The notes beneath the pieces were generated by a model. The model worked only from the letters and a program-made list of their open reading frames with translations, ran no database searches and had not been told where the DNA came from. 64,000 nt of DNA from Thermoanaerobaculia bacterium (lineage in GTDB: Bacteria; Acidobacteriota; Thermoanaerobaculia; UBA5066; Gp7-AA6): contig JBBRDK010000006.1 in assembly GCA_038203955.1 (NCBI GenBank), forward strand, positions 946 through 64,945. Direction: 5' to 3'. Positions within the stretch are counted from its first letter, which is position 1. Each line of letters starts with the position of its first letter. The position numbers and the translations under genes were made by a program. This document shows positions 36,238 through 44,500 of the stretch, piece by piece.

Positions 36238-37320
36238 ATGTCTAAAACGACGCGGCTCGGACTCGGCCTTGCTCTCGCGGTTTTCGCTCATCCGGTCGCG
36301 GGGCAGGCTCAGGCCCCCGCTCCGGGCGCAACCGCCCCTCGGACCTCGCCGGCGGCCCCGGAGTATGCGCTCACCGATCGGATCCCCATGCCCGGGGACA
36401 CGGGATGGGACTACCTCACGTTCGACGGACCCTCGCATCGCCTCTACGTCTCGCGCGGCGATCGCGTCCTCGCGATCGACTCCAACAGCAGGAAGGTCGT
36501 CGGGGAGATCGCGCCGACGGCCGGAGTCCACGGGATCGCTCTCGCGCCCGGGCTCGACCGCGCGTTCACGAGCAACGGGCGCTCGTCCAGCGTCACGGTC
36601 TTCTCGCCGTCGAATCTCGCCGTCGTCGGAGAGGTCAAGGGAACGGGCGAAAACCCGGATGCGATCCTCTATGACTCCGCGAGCGGCCGTGTCTTCACCT
36701 TCAACGGCCGGGGCAAGAGCGCGACCGCGATCAACGCGAAGACGCTCGCGATCGAAGGGACCGTTCCCCTCGGTGGCAAGCCGGAAGGGCCGGCAGCGGA
36801 TGGGGCGGGGCGAATCTTCGTCAACATCGAAGACACGAACACGCTGGCCGTCCTCGACTCGCGCACTCTCACGGTGACGGCGCGCTGGCCTCTGGCTCCC
36901 TGCGACGAACCGACCGGGCTCTCGCTCGACGCCGCCCACAAACGTCTCTTCGTCGGCTGCCACAACAAGCTCATGATGGTCGTGGACTCCTCGACCGGGC
37001 GCATCGTGACCTCTCTGCCGATCGGAGAGGGCGTCGACGGAACGGCCTTCGATCCGGGGACGGGACTCGCGTACGCCTCGAACGGGGACGGAACGCTGAC
37101 GGTCGTGCACGAGGATTCCGCGGACTCCTTCCGCGTGGTCCAGAACGTCGCGACTCAGCGCGGCGCCCGGACGCTGGCGCTCGATCCCGCGACCCACAAA
37201 ATCTATCTCGTCACCGCGCAGTTCGGTCCGCCCCCGTCGCCGACGGCGGAGCGCCCGAACCCTCGCCCTCCCATGTTGCCGGGAACGGCCGTCGTGCTGA
37301 TCGTGTCGCCGAAGGGGTAG
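36238..37320 (+). CDS. YncE/YVTN-type seven-bladed beta-propeller protein, secreted
   Basis: Signal peptide MSKTTRLGLGLALAVFAHPVAGQA. Repeated ..G..P.GIA.. / ..VVD..T..V blades (GVHGIALAP, NPDAILYDS, KPEGPAADG, EPTGLSLD, GVDGTAFDP, GARTLALDP). Confidence 0.85.
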   Translation: MSKTTRLGLGLALAVFAHPVAGQAQAPAPGATAPRTSPAAPEYALTDRIPMPGDTGWDYLTFDGPSHRLYVSRGDRVLAIDSNSRKVVGEIAPTAGVHGIALAPGLDRAFTSNGRSSSVTVFSPSNLAVVGEVKGTGENPDAILYDSASGRVFTFNGRGKSATAINAKTLAIEGTVPLGGKPEGPAADGAGRIFVNIEDTNTLAVLDSRTLTVTARWPLAPCDEPTGLSLDAAHKRLFVGCHNKLMMVVDSSTGRIVTSLPIGEGVDGTAFDPGTGLAYASNGDGTLTVVHEDSADSFRVVQNVATQRGARTLALDPATHKIYLVTAQFGPPPSPTAERPNPRPPMLPGTAVVLIVSPKG

Positions 37321-37547
37321 CCGCCGAGGGGCGCCCCTGAAGCCAGCCTGACATTGCGCAACAGCGGCCGACGCAGGACGGCTGGAGCCCGTTAATGCTG
37401 TACCAGCTCGGACACCCCGGCAGCACTCCAACCGCGCGAGCCTCGTCCCGTCACCCGCAGCACCGCGACCCCTTAAACGACATCCTCCCTCGCAAACTAT
37501 TGTAAACGAAGGCTCTAGTTCGTTTCGCGACTCCCTTCTTCGTCCAC

Positions 37548-37598
37548 CTCCGGCCTCTTCGCTGCGACGGCACTCCGGCCTCTTTCGCTGCGACGGCA
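37548..37598 (+). repeat. 25/26-nt tandem direct repeat in the cluster leader region
   Basis: CTCCGGCCTCTTCGCTGCGACGGCA (37548-37572) and CTCCGGCCTCTTTCGCTGCGACGGCA (37573-37598). They are identical apart from one extra T. Confidence 0.85.
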
Positions 37599-37625
37599 CT
37601 TCTGTTATACTTCACCGTCACAGCT

Positions 37626-37727
37626 ATGAACAACAAATGCGCAACGGCGGGTACCTCCCGGGCGAAGGTCCGTCTGTGTGGGGCGCGCTTTGTTCTTTCG
37701 CTGACCAGGTCGACGCCGGCTCTCTGA
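37626..37727 (+). CDS. possible 33-aa upstream ORF (module copy A)
   Basis: [33 protein letters not shown]. Its N-terminus is shared with copies C and D. It has no SD, and third-position GC is only moderate. Confidence 0.25.
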   Translation: MNNKCATAGTSRAKVRLCGARFVLSLTRSTPAL

Positions 37728-37884
37728 GCTGAACGATGAAAAGCAAAGCGCAACGGCGGGTACCTCCCGGGCGAAGTTCTGCCTGCCTGCGCTGCATCTC
37801 TTCTTCTTCGGATACGGGCCGCTGAAGCTCCGACCGACTCATGAAAAACCTAAATGCGACGGCGGGTACCTCCCCGGCGAAGGT
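37626..37884 (+). repeat. three tandem copies (spacing about 105-110 nt) of a conserved 44-nt ATG-initiated module
   Basis: A 37626 ATGAACAACAAATGCGCAACGGCGGGTACCTCCCGGGCGAAGGT. B 37736 ATGAAAAGCAAA-GCGCAACGGCGGGTACCTCCCGGGCGAAGTT. C 37841 ATGAAAAACCTAAATGCGACGGCGGGTACCTCCCCGGCGAAGGT. A fourth copy lies at 55582. Confidence 0.9.
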
Positions 37885-38011
37885 TTGTGCTGGGCGGCGA
37901 TCAAGAGCTTCGTTTTCTGAGCAGCTAGACGCGGCGCACCGCGCCGTTTGTGGCGATCGCCCGACTCCCTGGATTCCCCGGGGGGCGGATGCGGAGTCGT
38001 GCCGCCCATGA
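37841..38011 (+). CDS. possible 56-aa upstream ORF (module copy C), stop overlapping the start of the hydroxylase gene
   Basis: MKNLNATAGTSPAKVCAGRR...ESCRP*. It is below the 60-aa track cut-off. Its TGA (38009-38011) overlaps ATG 38008 as ATGA, the same coupling seen at nine other junctions in this window. Confidence 0.4.
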   Translation: MKNLNATAGTSPAKVCAGRRSRASFSEQLDAAHRAVCGDRPTPWIPRGADAESCRP

Positions 38012-39597
38012 CCCCCAAAGTCTTCCTGCGCCAGAACGCGCTGGCCGAGCCTCTCTTCAACCGGTGGTACGCGTGGCCCTACCTCGTCTCCCCCGTGACG
38101 GCGCCGATGTACGTCGGCAATCTCCACCTGCGCCTGATGGAATCGTTCGTCGCCAATCCGCAAGTCCACATCGCGGCGCTCAAGAACCCGGAGATGTCGG
38201 GAGGCCCCTTCCTGAGCCTCGATGAGAGCAAGGTCCCCGCCGTGGAGCGGTTGATCGACAAGACACGGCGCCAAAGCGCGCCTTTGCTCGAGTTCGCGGA
38301 CGCCGTCCGCGATCTGACACGGATCCTGATGACCCGGGCGGACGGAGCTTCGCTGCATCCGTTCTATGCGGAGGTGCCCGAGCCGCTCAAGGGCTTCGTG
38401 GAGCTCGTCTACGACGTCAACAACCACCCGGGGATCCGCTTCCTCGAGTCGCTCCTGTACTTCAGTCCCTATTACGACGAGGAAGCCCAGAGCCTCGATT
38501 TCTCCGTCGTGAATGGGGACGACCGCGCATTCGTCTTCAGCACCCCCCGGCTGGAGGAAGACGATCGCCTGCATCTGTCGCTGCCCTATCGCGCCGAGGG
38601 CCTCGACCGCGTCTTCCGCATGCGGGAGAAGCCGCAGCCGCTCGGTTTCGCGACCGAGGCGCTTGGATTGTCCGGCCCGGACGACGGGCGATTCAAAGGG
38701 TTGTTCACGGATCAGCCTCCCCGCCTCGCGGAGCCGCGGGATCCGGAAGGGGTCCGCGTCCGCTATTTCGGGCACGCCTGCGTCCTGATCGAGACCCGGG
38801 ACACGACGATTCTTACAGACCCGGTCATCGGTTACGAGCACGGCCGGGGAGCCGCGAGGTTTTCCTTCGCGGACCTGCCCGCCCGCATCGACTACGTCCT
38901 CATCACCCACGCTCACCAGGATCACTGCATGTTGGAGACGCTTCTCCCGCTTCGTCACAAGGTGGGCGAGATCATCGTGCCGCGAAACAGCGGAGGCGGT
39001 CTCGCCGACCCGTCCCTGAAGCTGGCGCTCCAGAGCGCGGGATTTTCCAATGTCAGCGAAATCGACGAGCTCGGCCGCGTCGAGACGGCGGACGGCTCGA
39101 TTACGAGCATTCCGTTTTTCGGGGAACACGGCGACTTGAACATTCGCAGCAAGACGACCTACCTCGTTCGACTTCTCGGCAAATCCTTTCTCTTCTGCGC
39201 AGACTCCAATGCCGTTGAGCCCACGCTGTACGACCACTTGAGCGACATTGTGGGAGACCTCGATGTCGCCTTCATCGGGATGGAATGCGACGGCGCGCCC
39301 ATGAGCTGGCTCTATGGACCCGTGGTGACCGCCCCTCTCACGCGCCGGATGGACCAGTCGAGGCGCCTGGACGCCTCCGACTGCGAGCGCGGAATGGAGC
39401 TCGTGAAGCGTCTTCGCCCGCGGACGGTCTACGTCTACGCCATGGGATCGGAACCATGGCTGACGTATCTGACGTCGATTCATTACACGGAGCAGTCCCG
39501 GCCCATCGTGCAAGCGCGCGCGCTCGTCGCGCGATGCCGGACGCTCGGAATCTGCGCCGAGACGCTCTTCGGGAAGAAAGAGCTGCAGCTCGGATGA
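38008..39597 (+). CDS. CmlA-like non-haem di-iron beta-hydroxylase (metallo-beta-lactamase fold with N-terminal domain)
   Basis: C-terminal MBL fold with ITHAHQDHC (HxHxDH, 38908-38925) and ..FFGEHGD... A ~250-aa N-terminal domain starts ..FLRQNALAEPLFNRWYAWPYLVSP... It is directly coupled (ATGA) to a stand-alone A-T protein, the arrangement known for CmlA/CmlP. The start ATG 38008 was chosen; TTG 37948 (the track start) is an alternative. Confidence 0.75.
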   Translation: MTPKVFLRQNALAEPLFNRWYAWPYLVSPVTAPMYVGNLHLRLMESFVANPQVHIAALKNPEMSGGPFLSLDESKVPAVERLIDKTRRQSAPLLEFADAVRDLTRILMTRADGASLHPFYAEVPEPLKGFVELVYDVNNHPGIRFLESLLYFSPYYDEEAQSLDFSVVNGDDRAFVFSTPRLEEDDRLHLSLPYRAEGLDRVFRMREKPQPLGFATEALGLSGPDDGRFKGLFTDQPPRLAEPRDPEGVRVRYFGHACVLIETRDTTILTDPVIGYEHGRGAARFSFADLPARIDYVLITHAHQDHCMLETLLPLRHKVGEIIVPRNSGGGLADPSLKLALQSAGFSNVSEIDELGRVETADGSITSIPFFGEHGDLNIRSKTTYLVRLLGKSFLFCADSNAVEPTLYDHLSDIVGDLDVAFIGMECDGAPMSWLYGPVVTAPLTRRMDQSRRLDASDCERGMELVKRLRPRTVYVYAMGSEPWLTYLTSIHYTEQSRPIVQARALVARCRTLGICAETLFGKKELQLG

Positions 39598-41561
39598 CAC
39601 CCCAGGCCGCGGGCGGCGACGCGAAGAGCGCGAATCCGGCGTTCTCCCGCCTGACTCCGGAGGAGGCGCGTTTCGTCCAAGCGTGGAATGACACCCGGAG
39701 GGACTATCCCCGTGACGAGACCATTCCGGCGCTCTTCGAGCGGGAAGTTCGGCGCTCGCCCGGCGCGACCGCGCTCGTCTCCGCGGAGGATGGGCGAACG
39801 CTGACCTACGACGCCCTCAATCGGCGGGCCAACCAGCTCGCCCGTCACCTGCGGGACCTCGGCGTCCGGCCGGAGATGCGGGTCGCGATTCACCTCGAGC
39901 GGTCGTTCGACGCGGTCGTCTCGATGCTCGCGATCCTGAAAGCCGGCGGCGCTTACGTTCCGCTCGATCCGCGCCTGCCGTTGAAGCGCGCCTCTCACGT
40001 CCTCGAAGACTCCGGGGCCTCCGTCGTGCTGAGCGTCGAGCCCCTGGCGGATGCGCTGCCCGCGGTCTGGGCCCGCCTCATCTGCCTCGACTCCGACGCG
40101 GGGGCGATTGCGCGGCAGAGCGACGCGAATCCGCCTCGCGCCGGTTCGGCGCTGGGCCTGGCGCACATTCTCTACACGTCGGGCTCGACCGGAGCGCCCA
40201 AGGGCGTGGCGGTGGTCCATCGCGGGGTCGTCCGCCTGGTCCGCGGGACGGACTTCGCCCACCTCGGCCCGGACGAGGTCTTCCTTCAGGCCGCGCCTTT
40301 GTCCTTCGACGCCTCGACGTTCGAGATCTGGGGCGCGCTGTTGAACGGCGGTCGCCTCGTGATCCTCTCTGCGCAGACCCCCGGCCTGGACGACCTCGCG
40401 GAAGCGATCCGGGCGCACGCTGTGACGACTCTCTGGCTCACCGCGGGACTCTTCCATCTCGCGGTCGACCAGCGGCTGTCGGATTTGAAACCTCTGCGCC
40501 AGCTTCTGGCCGGCGGCGATGTTCTCTCCCCGCCGAGAGTCCGGCGCGTGCTGGAAGAGATTCCCGGCTGCGCGCTCGTGAACGGCTACGGCCCCACGGA
40601 GAGCACGACCTTCGCCGCCTGCCACGTCATCCGCTCGCTGCCCGCGAGTGCCGCCACCGTGCCGATCGGGCGGCCCATCGCCAACACACAGATCTATCTC
40701 CTGGATTCCGAGCGCCGGTGGGTCCCGCCCGGTGAGACAGGGGAGCTGTACATCGGCGGTGATGGTCTGGCGCGCGGCTATTGGAACAGCCCGGAGCGGA
40801 CCGCCGAGAGTTTCGTGAAGTCCCCTTTCGACGCGGAAGCCGACGCGCGCCTCTATCGAACGGGGGATCTGGCGCGCCTGCTCCCGGACGGCAATCTCGA
40901 ATTCCTCGGCCGTGCCGACCACCAGATCAAGGTCCAGGGCTTTCGAGTCGAGCTTTCCGAGATCGAATCGGCGCTCGCCCGCCACGCGGCCGTCTCCTGC
41001 AACGTCGTCGACGCCCGGCAGACGTCGGCGGGCGGCCAGAGGCTCGTCGCCTACGTCGTTCTCCGTCCGGGAGAGGAGGCAAGCGACGCCGAGCTCCGCG
41101 CGTTTTTGCAGCAGGAGCTTCCGGAATACATGGTGCCCCCCGCCTTCGTGCGCCTCTCCTCGCTTCCGCTCACGGGCAACGGCAAAGTGGACCGGCGCGC
41201 CCTTCCGGAACCGGTGGGGGCCTCCGCCGGGACCGCGTCTCCCCCGCGCTCCATGACAGAAGAGACGATCGCGCAGGTCTGGCGGTCCGTTCTCGACCTC
41301 GAGGCGATCGATTGCGACGAGAACTTCTTCGACCTCGGAGGCAATTCGCTTCTTCTGATCGACGCTCACGCCAGGCTCCAAAAACTTCTCGCGATTTCCA
41401 TGCCCATCACGACGCTCTTCGAATATCCGACAGTCCGATCCCTCGCACGTTCTCTCGCCAGCGGCCCGGCTCCCGACGAGTCGCTGCAGGCGTTGCGGGA
41501 ACGGGTCCGGCAGAGGCGCCAGGTATGCGATCGCCGTCCCACACCGGAGCCCGCGTCGTGA
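39594..41561 (+). CDS. stand-alone NRPS adenylation-thiolation (A-T) loading protein
   Basis: [39 protein letters not shown] (40173-40205), NGYGPTEST, GELYIGGDGLARGY, YRTGD, VQGFRVELSEIE, NGKVDRRALP, and T-domain LGGNSLL (Ser codon 41346-41348). ATG overlaps the upstream stop (ATGA). Confidence 0.9.
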   Translation: MTPQAAGGDAKSANPAFSRLTPEEARFVQAWNDTRRDYPRDETIPALFEREVRRSPGATALVSAEDGRTLTYDALNRRANQLARHLRDLGVRPEMRVAIHLERSFDAVVSMLAILKAGGAYVPLDPRLPLKRASHVLEDSGASVVLSVEPLADALPAVWARLICLDSDAGAIARQSDANPPRAGSALGLAHILYTSGSTGAPKGVAVVHRGVVRLVRGTDFAHLGPDEVFLQAAPLSFDASTFEIWGALLNGGRLVILSAQTPGLDDLAEAIRAHAVTTLWLTAGLFHLAVDQRLSDLKPLRQLLAGGDVLSPPRVRRVLEEIPGCALVNGYGPTESTTFAACHVIRSLPASAATVPIGRPIANTQIYLLDSERRWVPPGETGELYIGGDGLARGYWNSPERTAESFVKSPFDAEADARLYRTGDLARLLPDGNLEFLGRADHQIKVQGFRVELSEIESALARHAAVSCNVVDARQTSAGGQRLVAYVVLRPGEEASDAELRAFLQQELPEYMVPPAFVRLSSLPLTGNGKVDRRALPEPVGASAGTASPPRSMTEETIAQVWRSVLDLEAIDCDENFFDLGGNSLLLIDAHARLQKLLAISMPITTLFEYPTVRSLARSLASGPAPDESLQALRERVRQRRQVCDRRPTPEPAS

Positions 41562-44500
41562 GCGGTGTGCGAGACGGCAATCTGCGGGACGCGATTGCGA
41601 TTGTGGGGATGGCGGGGCGTTTTCCCGGCGCGGATTCGGTCTCGCACTTATGGGAGAACCTCCAGGCGGGCCGCGAATCGATCTCCGTTCTCACCGACGC
41701 GGAGCTGCTCGAATCCGGGATCGACGCTTCCATGCTCGCCGACCCGCTGTATGTCAAGGCGCGGGGCGTGTTGGAGGACGTCGATCTCTTCGACGCATCC
41801 TTCTTCGGATTCACTCCCAAAGAGGCGGAGTTGACGGATCCGCAGCACCGGCTTTTTTTAGAGACGTGCTGGCGCGCGCTCGAGGACGCGGGCTGCAATC
41901 CGGAGGCCTTCGACGGTGCGATCGGCGTCTTCGGCGGAATGAGCATGAACACGTATCTGCTCGCGGCCCGCGGGAAGGACCCCGGTTTCTGGAAGGATCT
42001 CACCGAGTCCTACCAGATCGGTGAATACCCCTCCGTGCTGGGAAACGACTACAACTTTCTGGCAACGAGGGTCTCCTACAAGCTGAACCTGACGGGACCG
42101 AGCCTGGACGTCCAGACGGGATGCTCGACTTCTCTCGTGGCGGTCTGTCTGGCGTGCCGAGCGCTCCTGCAGCACGATTGCGACGCCGCGCTGGCCGGAG
42201 GGGTCTCGATCACCTTCCCGCAGAAGAGGGGCTACCTCTACCAGGAAGGGGCGATGGGCTCTCCGGACGGCAAGTGCCGTGCGTTCGACGCGGCCGCCGG
42301 AGGGACGGTGTTCGGGTCCGGAGTCGGGATCGTGGTCTTGAAGCGGCTCTCCGATGCCGTCGCGAACAGAGACTCCATTGTCGCGGTGATCCGCGGATTC
42401 GCGTTGAACAACGACGGGGCGTCCAAGGTCGGTTACATGGCGCCGAGCGTCGAAGGCCAGGCCGCAGTGATCGCGACGGCGCAGGCTGTCGCCGATGTGG
42501 ACGCCGAGTCGATTGGATACGTCGAGACGCACGGAACGGGGACGCCGCTCGGGGACCCGATCGAGATCGCCGGGCTGACCCGAGCCTTTCGGTCCGCGAC
42601 GAGCGCGAAGGGATTCTGCGCGATCGGGTCGGTCAAGCCGAACGTCGGCCATCTGGATATCGCTTCCGGGGTCACGGGTCTGATGAAGGCGGCGCTCGCC
42701 GTCCGCACGGGCCGGATTCCGCCGAGCCTCCATTTCGAGCGATCCAATCCCGCCATCGACTTCGCGGACTCGCCGTTCTTCGTGAACACGCAACTCTCCG
42801 AGTGGAGCAACACCGCCCGCCCGCGCCGCGCGGGGGTGAGTGCCTTCGGCGTCGGGGGCACAAACGCCCACGTGGTCCTCGAAGAGGCCCCCGTGCCCGA
42901 ACCTCCCGCCATCCGCTCCTGCGAGCTTCTGGTGCTCTCGGCGAAGACGCCCACCGGGCTCGACGCGGCCGCGGCGAATCTCGCTCGCCATCTGGCCGAG
43001 AAACCGGAAGCGAACCTCGGTAACGTGGCCTTCACGCTGCAGGCGGGCCGCAAGAACTTCGCCCACCGGCGCGCTCTCGTTTGCGCGGACGTCGCGGAGG
43101 CGGTCTCTGATCTGACGCGTCCCTCCGGACGAGCGGTGGCCCGGGGCGGGGACGTTCCCGTCTCCTCGGTCGCGTTCCTGTTTCCCGGCCAGGGATCACA
43201 GTACCCGGGCATGGCCCGGGAGATCTACGAGAGTGAAGAGCGGTTCAGGCAGGAGGTCGACCTCTGCGTCGGCCTGCTTGGGCCGGAGCTCGCGAAGAAC
43301 CTGCGCGATCTTCTGCTCGCGCCCCCGGCAGAGGGCGAGCCTTCGGAGAAGAGCGCGATCCACCGAACGGGGCTGGCCCAGCCCGCCCTTTTCGTCGTCG
43401 AATACGCGCTCGCGCGGCTCTGGGAGAGCTGGGGCGTTCGTCCGTCGGCGATGCTCGGGCACAGCGTCGGCGAATTCGTCGCAGCCACGCTCGCCGGCGT
43501 CTTCTCCCTCGAAGATGCGCTGGCGCTCGTGGCGGCGCGCGGACGGATGATCGAAGAACTCCCCGAGGGATCGATGCTCGCCGTCCGGATGGAAGAAGGG
43601 CAACTGGCCACGGTGGCGCGTCCAGGGCTCTCCCTCGCCGCGGTCAACGCGCCCTCGCTCTGCGTGCTGTCGGGCCCGCCGGACGTCATCGATGGTCTGC
43701 AGAAAGAGCTGGCGGAGCGGGGAATCGCCCAGCGCCGGCTTCAGACATCCCATGCTTTCCATTCCGAAATGATGGATCCCGTCGTCGCCCCCTTCGAGGA
43801 TCTCGTGAACAGTGTCCGTCTCCAGCCGCCGTCGATCCCGATCGTTTCGGGCGTGACGGGAACGTGGGTCCGGGCCGAGGAGGCGACCGACCCCGCGTAC
43901 TGGAGCGCCCATCTGCGAAAACCCGTCCATTTCGCCCGCGGCGTCGCGACGCTCTTGAATGAAAAGGGCCGGGCCCTCCTGGAAGTCGGCCCCGGTCAGA
44001 CTCTTTCCCTGCACGCGAAGCGTCATCCGGCGAAGACCTCCGGACATGTCGTTCTCTCCTCTCTGGGCCATCCGGAGAATCGCGAGTCCGAACGGGCGTG
44101 CCTCCTGCGCGCGGCGGGGCAACTGTGGGTCTCCCGGGTCGCGATCGACTGGCAGGGACTCCAGGCGGGAAGGGATTTGGGCCGCGTCCCTCTTCCGACC
44201 TACCCCTTCGAGAGGAGCCGCCACTGGATCGGGACGCGACTGGAGGACACCACCTCCGGCATCGGTACCCACGGCGGCCCCCAAATCGCGTCTCTGCCAA
44301 CCCGGGCCGAGGGGGCCGTCGCCTTTCCAACGAAAGCGGAGTTGCCAATGATGAACGACGCCAACCCCGCCTCTGCGGCTTTTCGCCATCCCCGGCTTCT
44401 CTCGAGAGTCCAGAAAGTGTTCGGCGATCTCGCCGGCCTGCCGCCCGGAGAAGTCCCGCCTTCCGCGACTTTTCTCGAGGCCGGTTTCGACTCGCTCTTC

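Noticed and set aside
37736-37825. 29-aa ORF starting at module copy B
   Set aside because: A 1-nt deletion relative to copies A, C and D shifts the frame, so the conserved peptide is lost (MKSKAQRRVPPGRSS..). It is either a decayed copy or an indel error. I report it as a repeat only.
40781-41557. Upstream 259 codons of the 3357-aa track ORF (would overlap the A-T gene)
   Set aside because: This stretch is an out-of-frame read-through of the A-T gene's 3' end. KS homology begins right after the GTG at 41558, which forms a GTGA overlap with the A-T stop.
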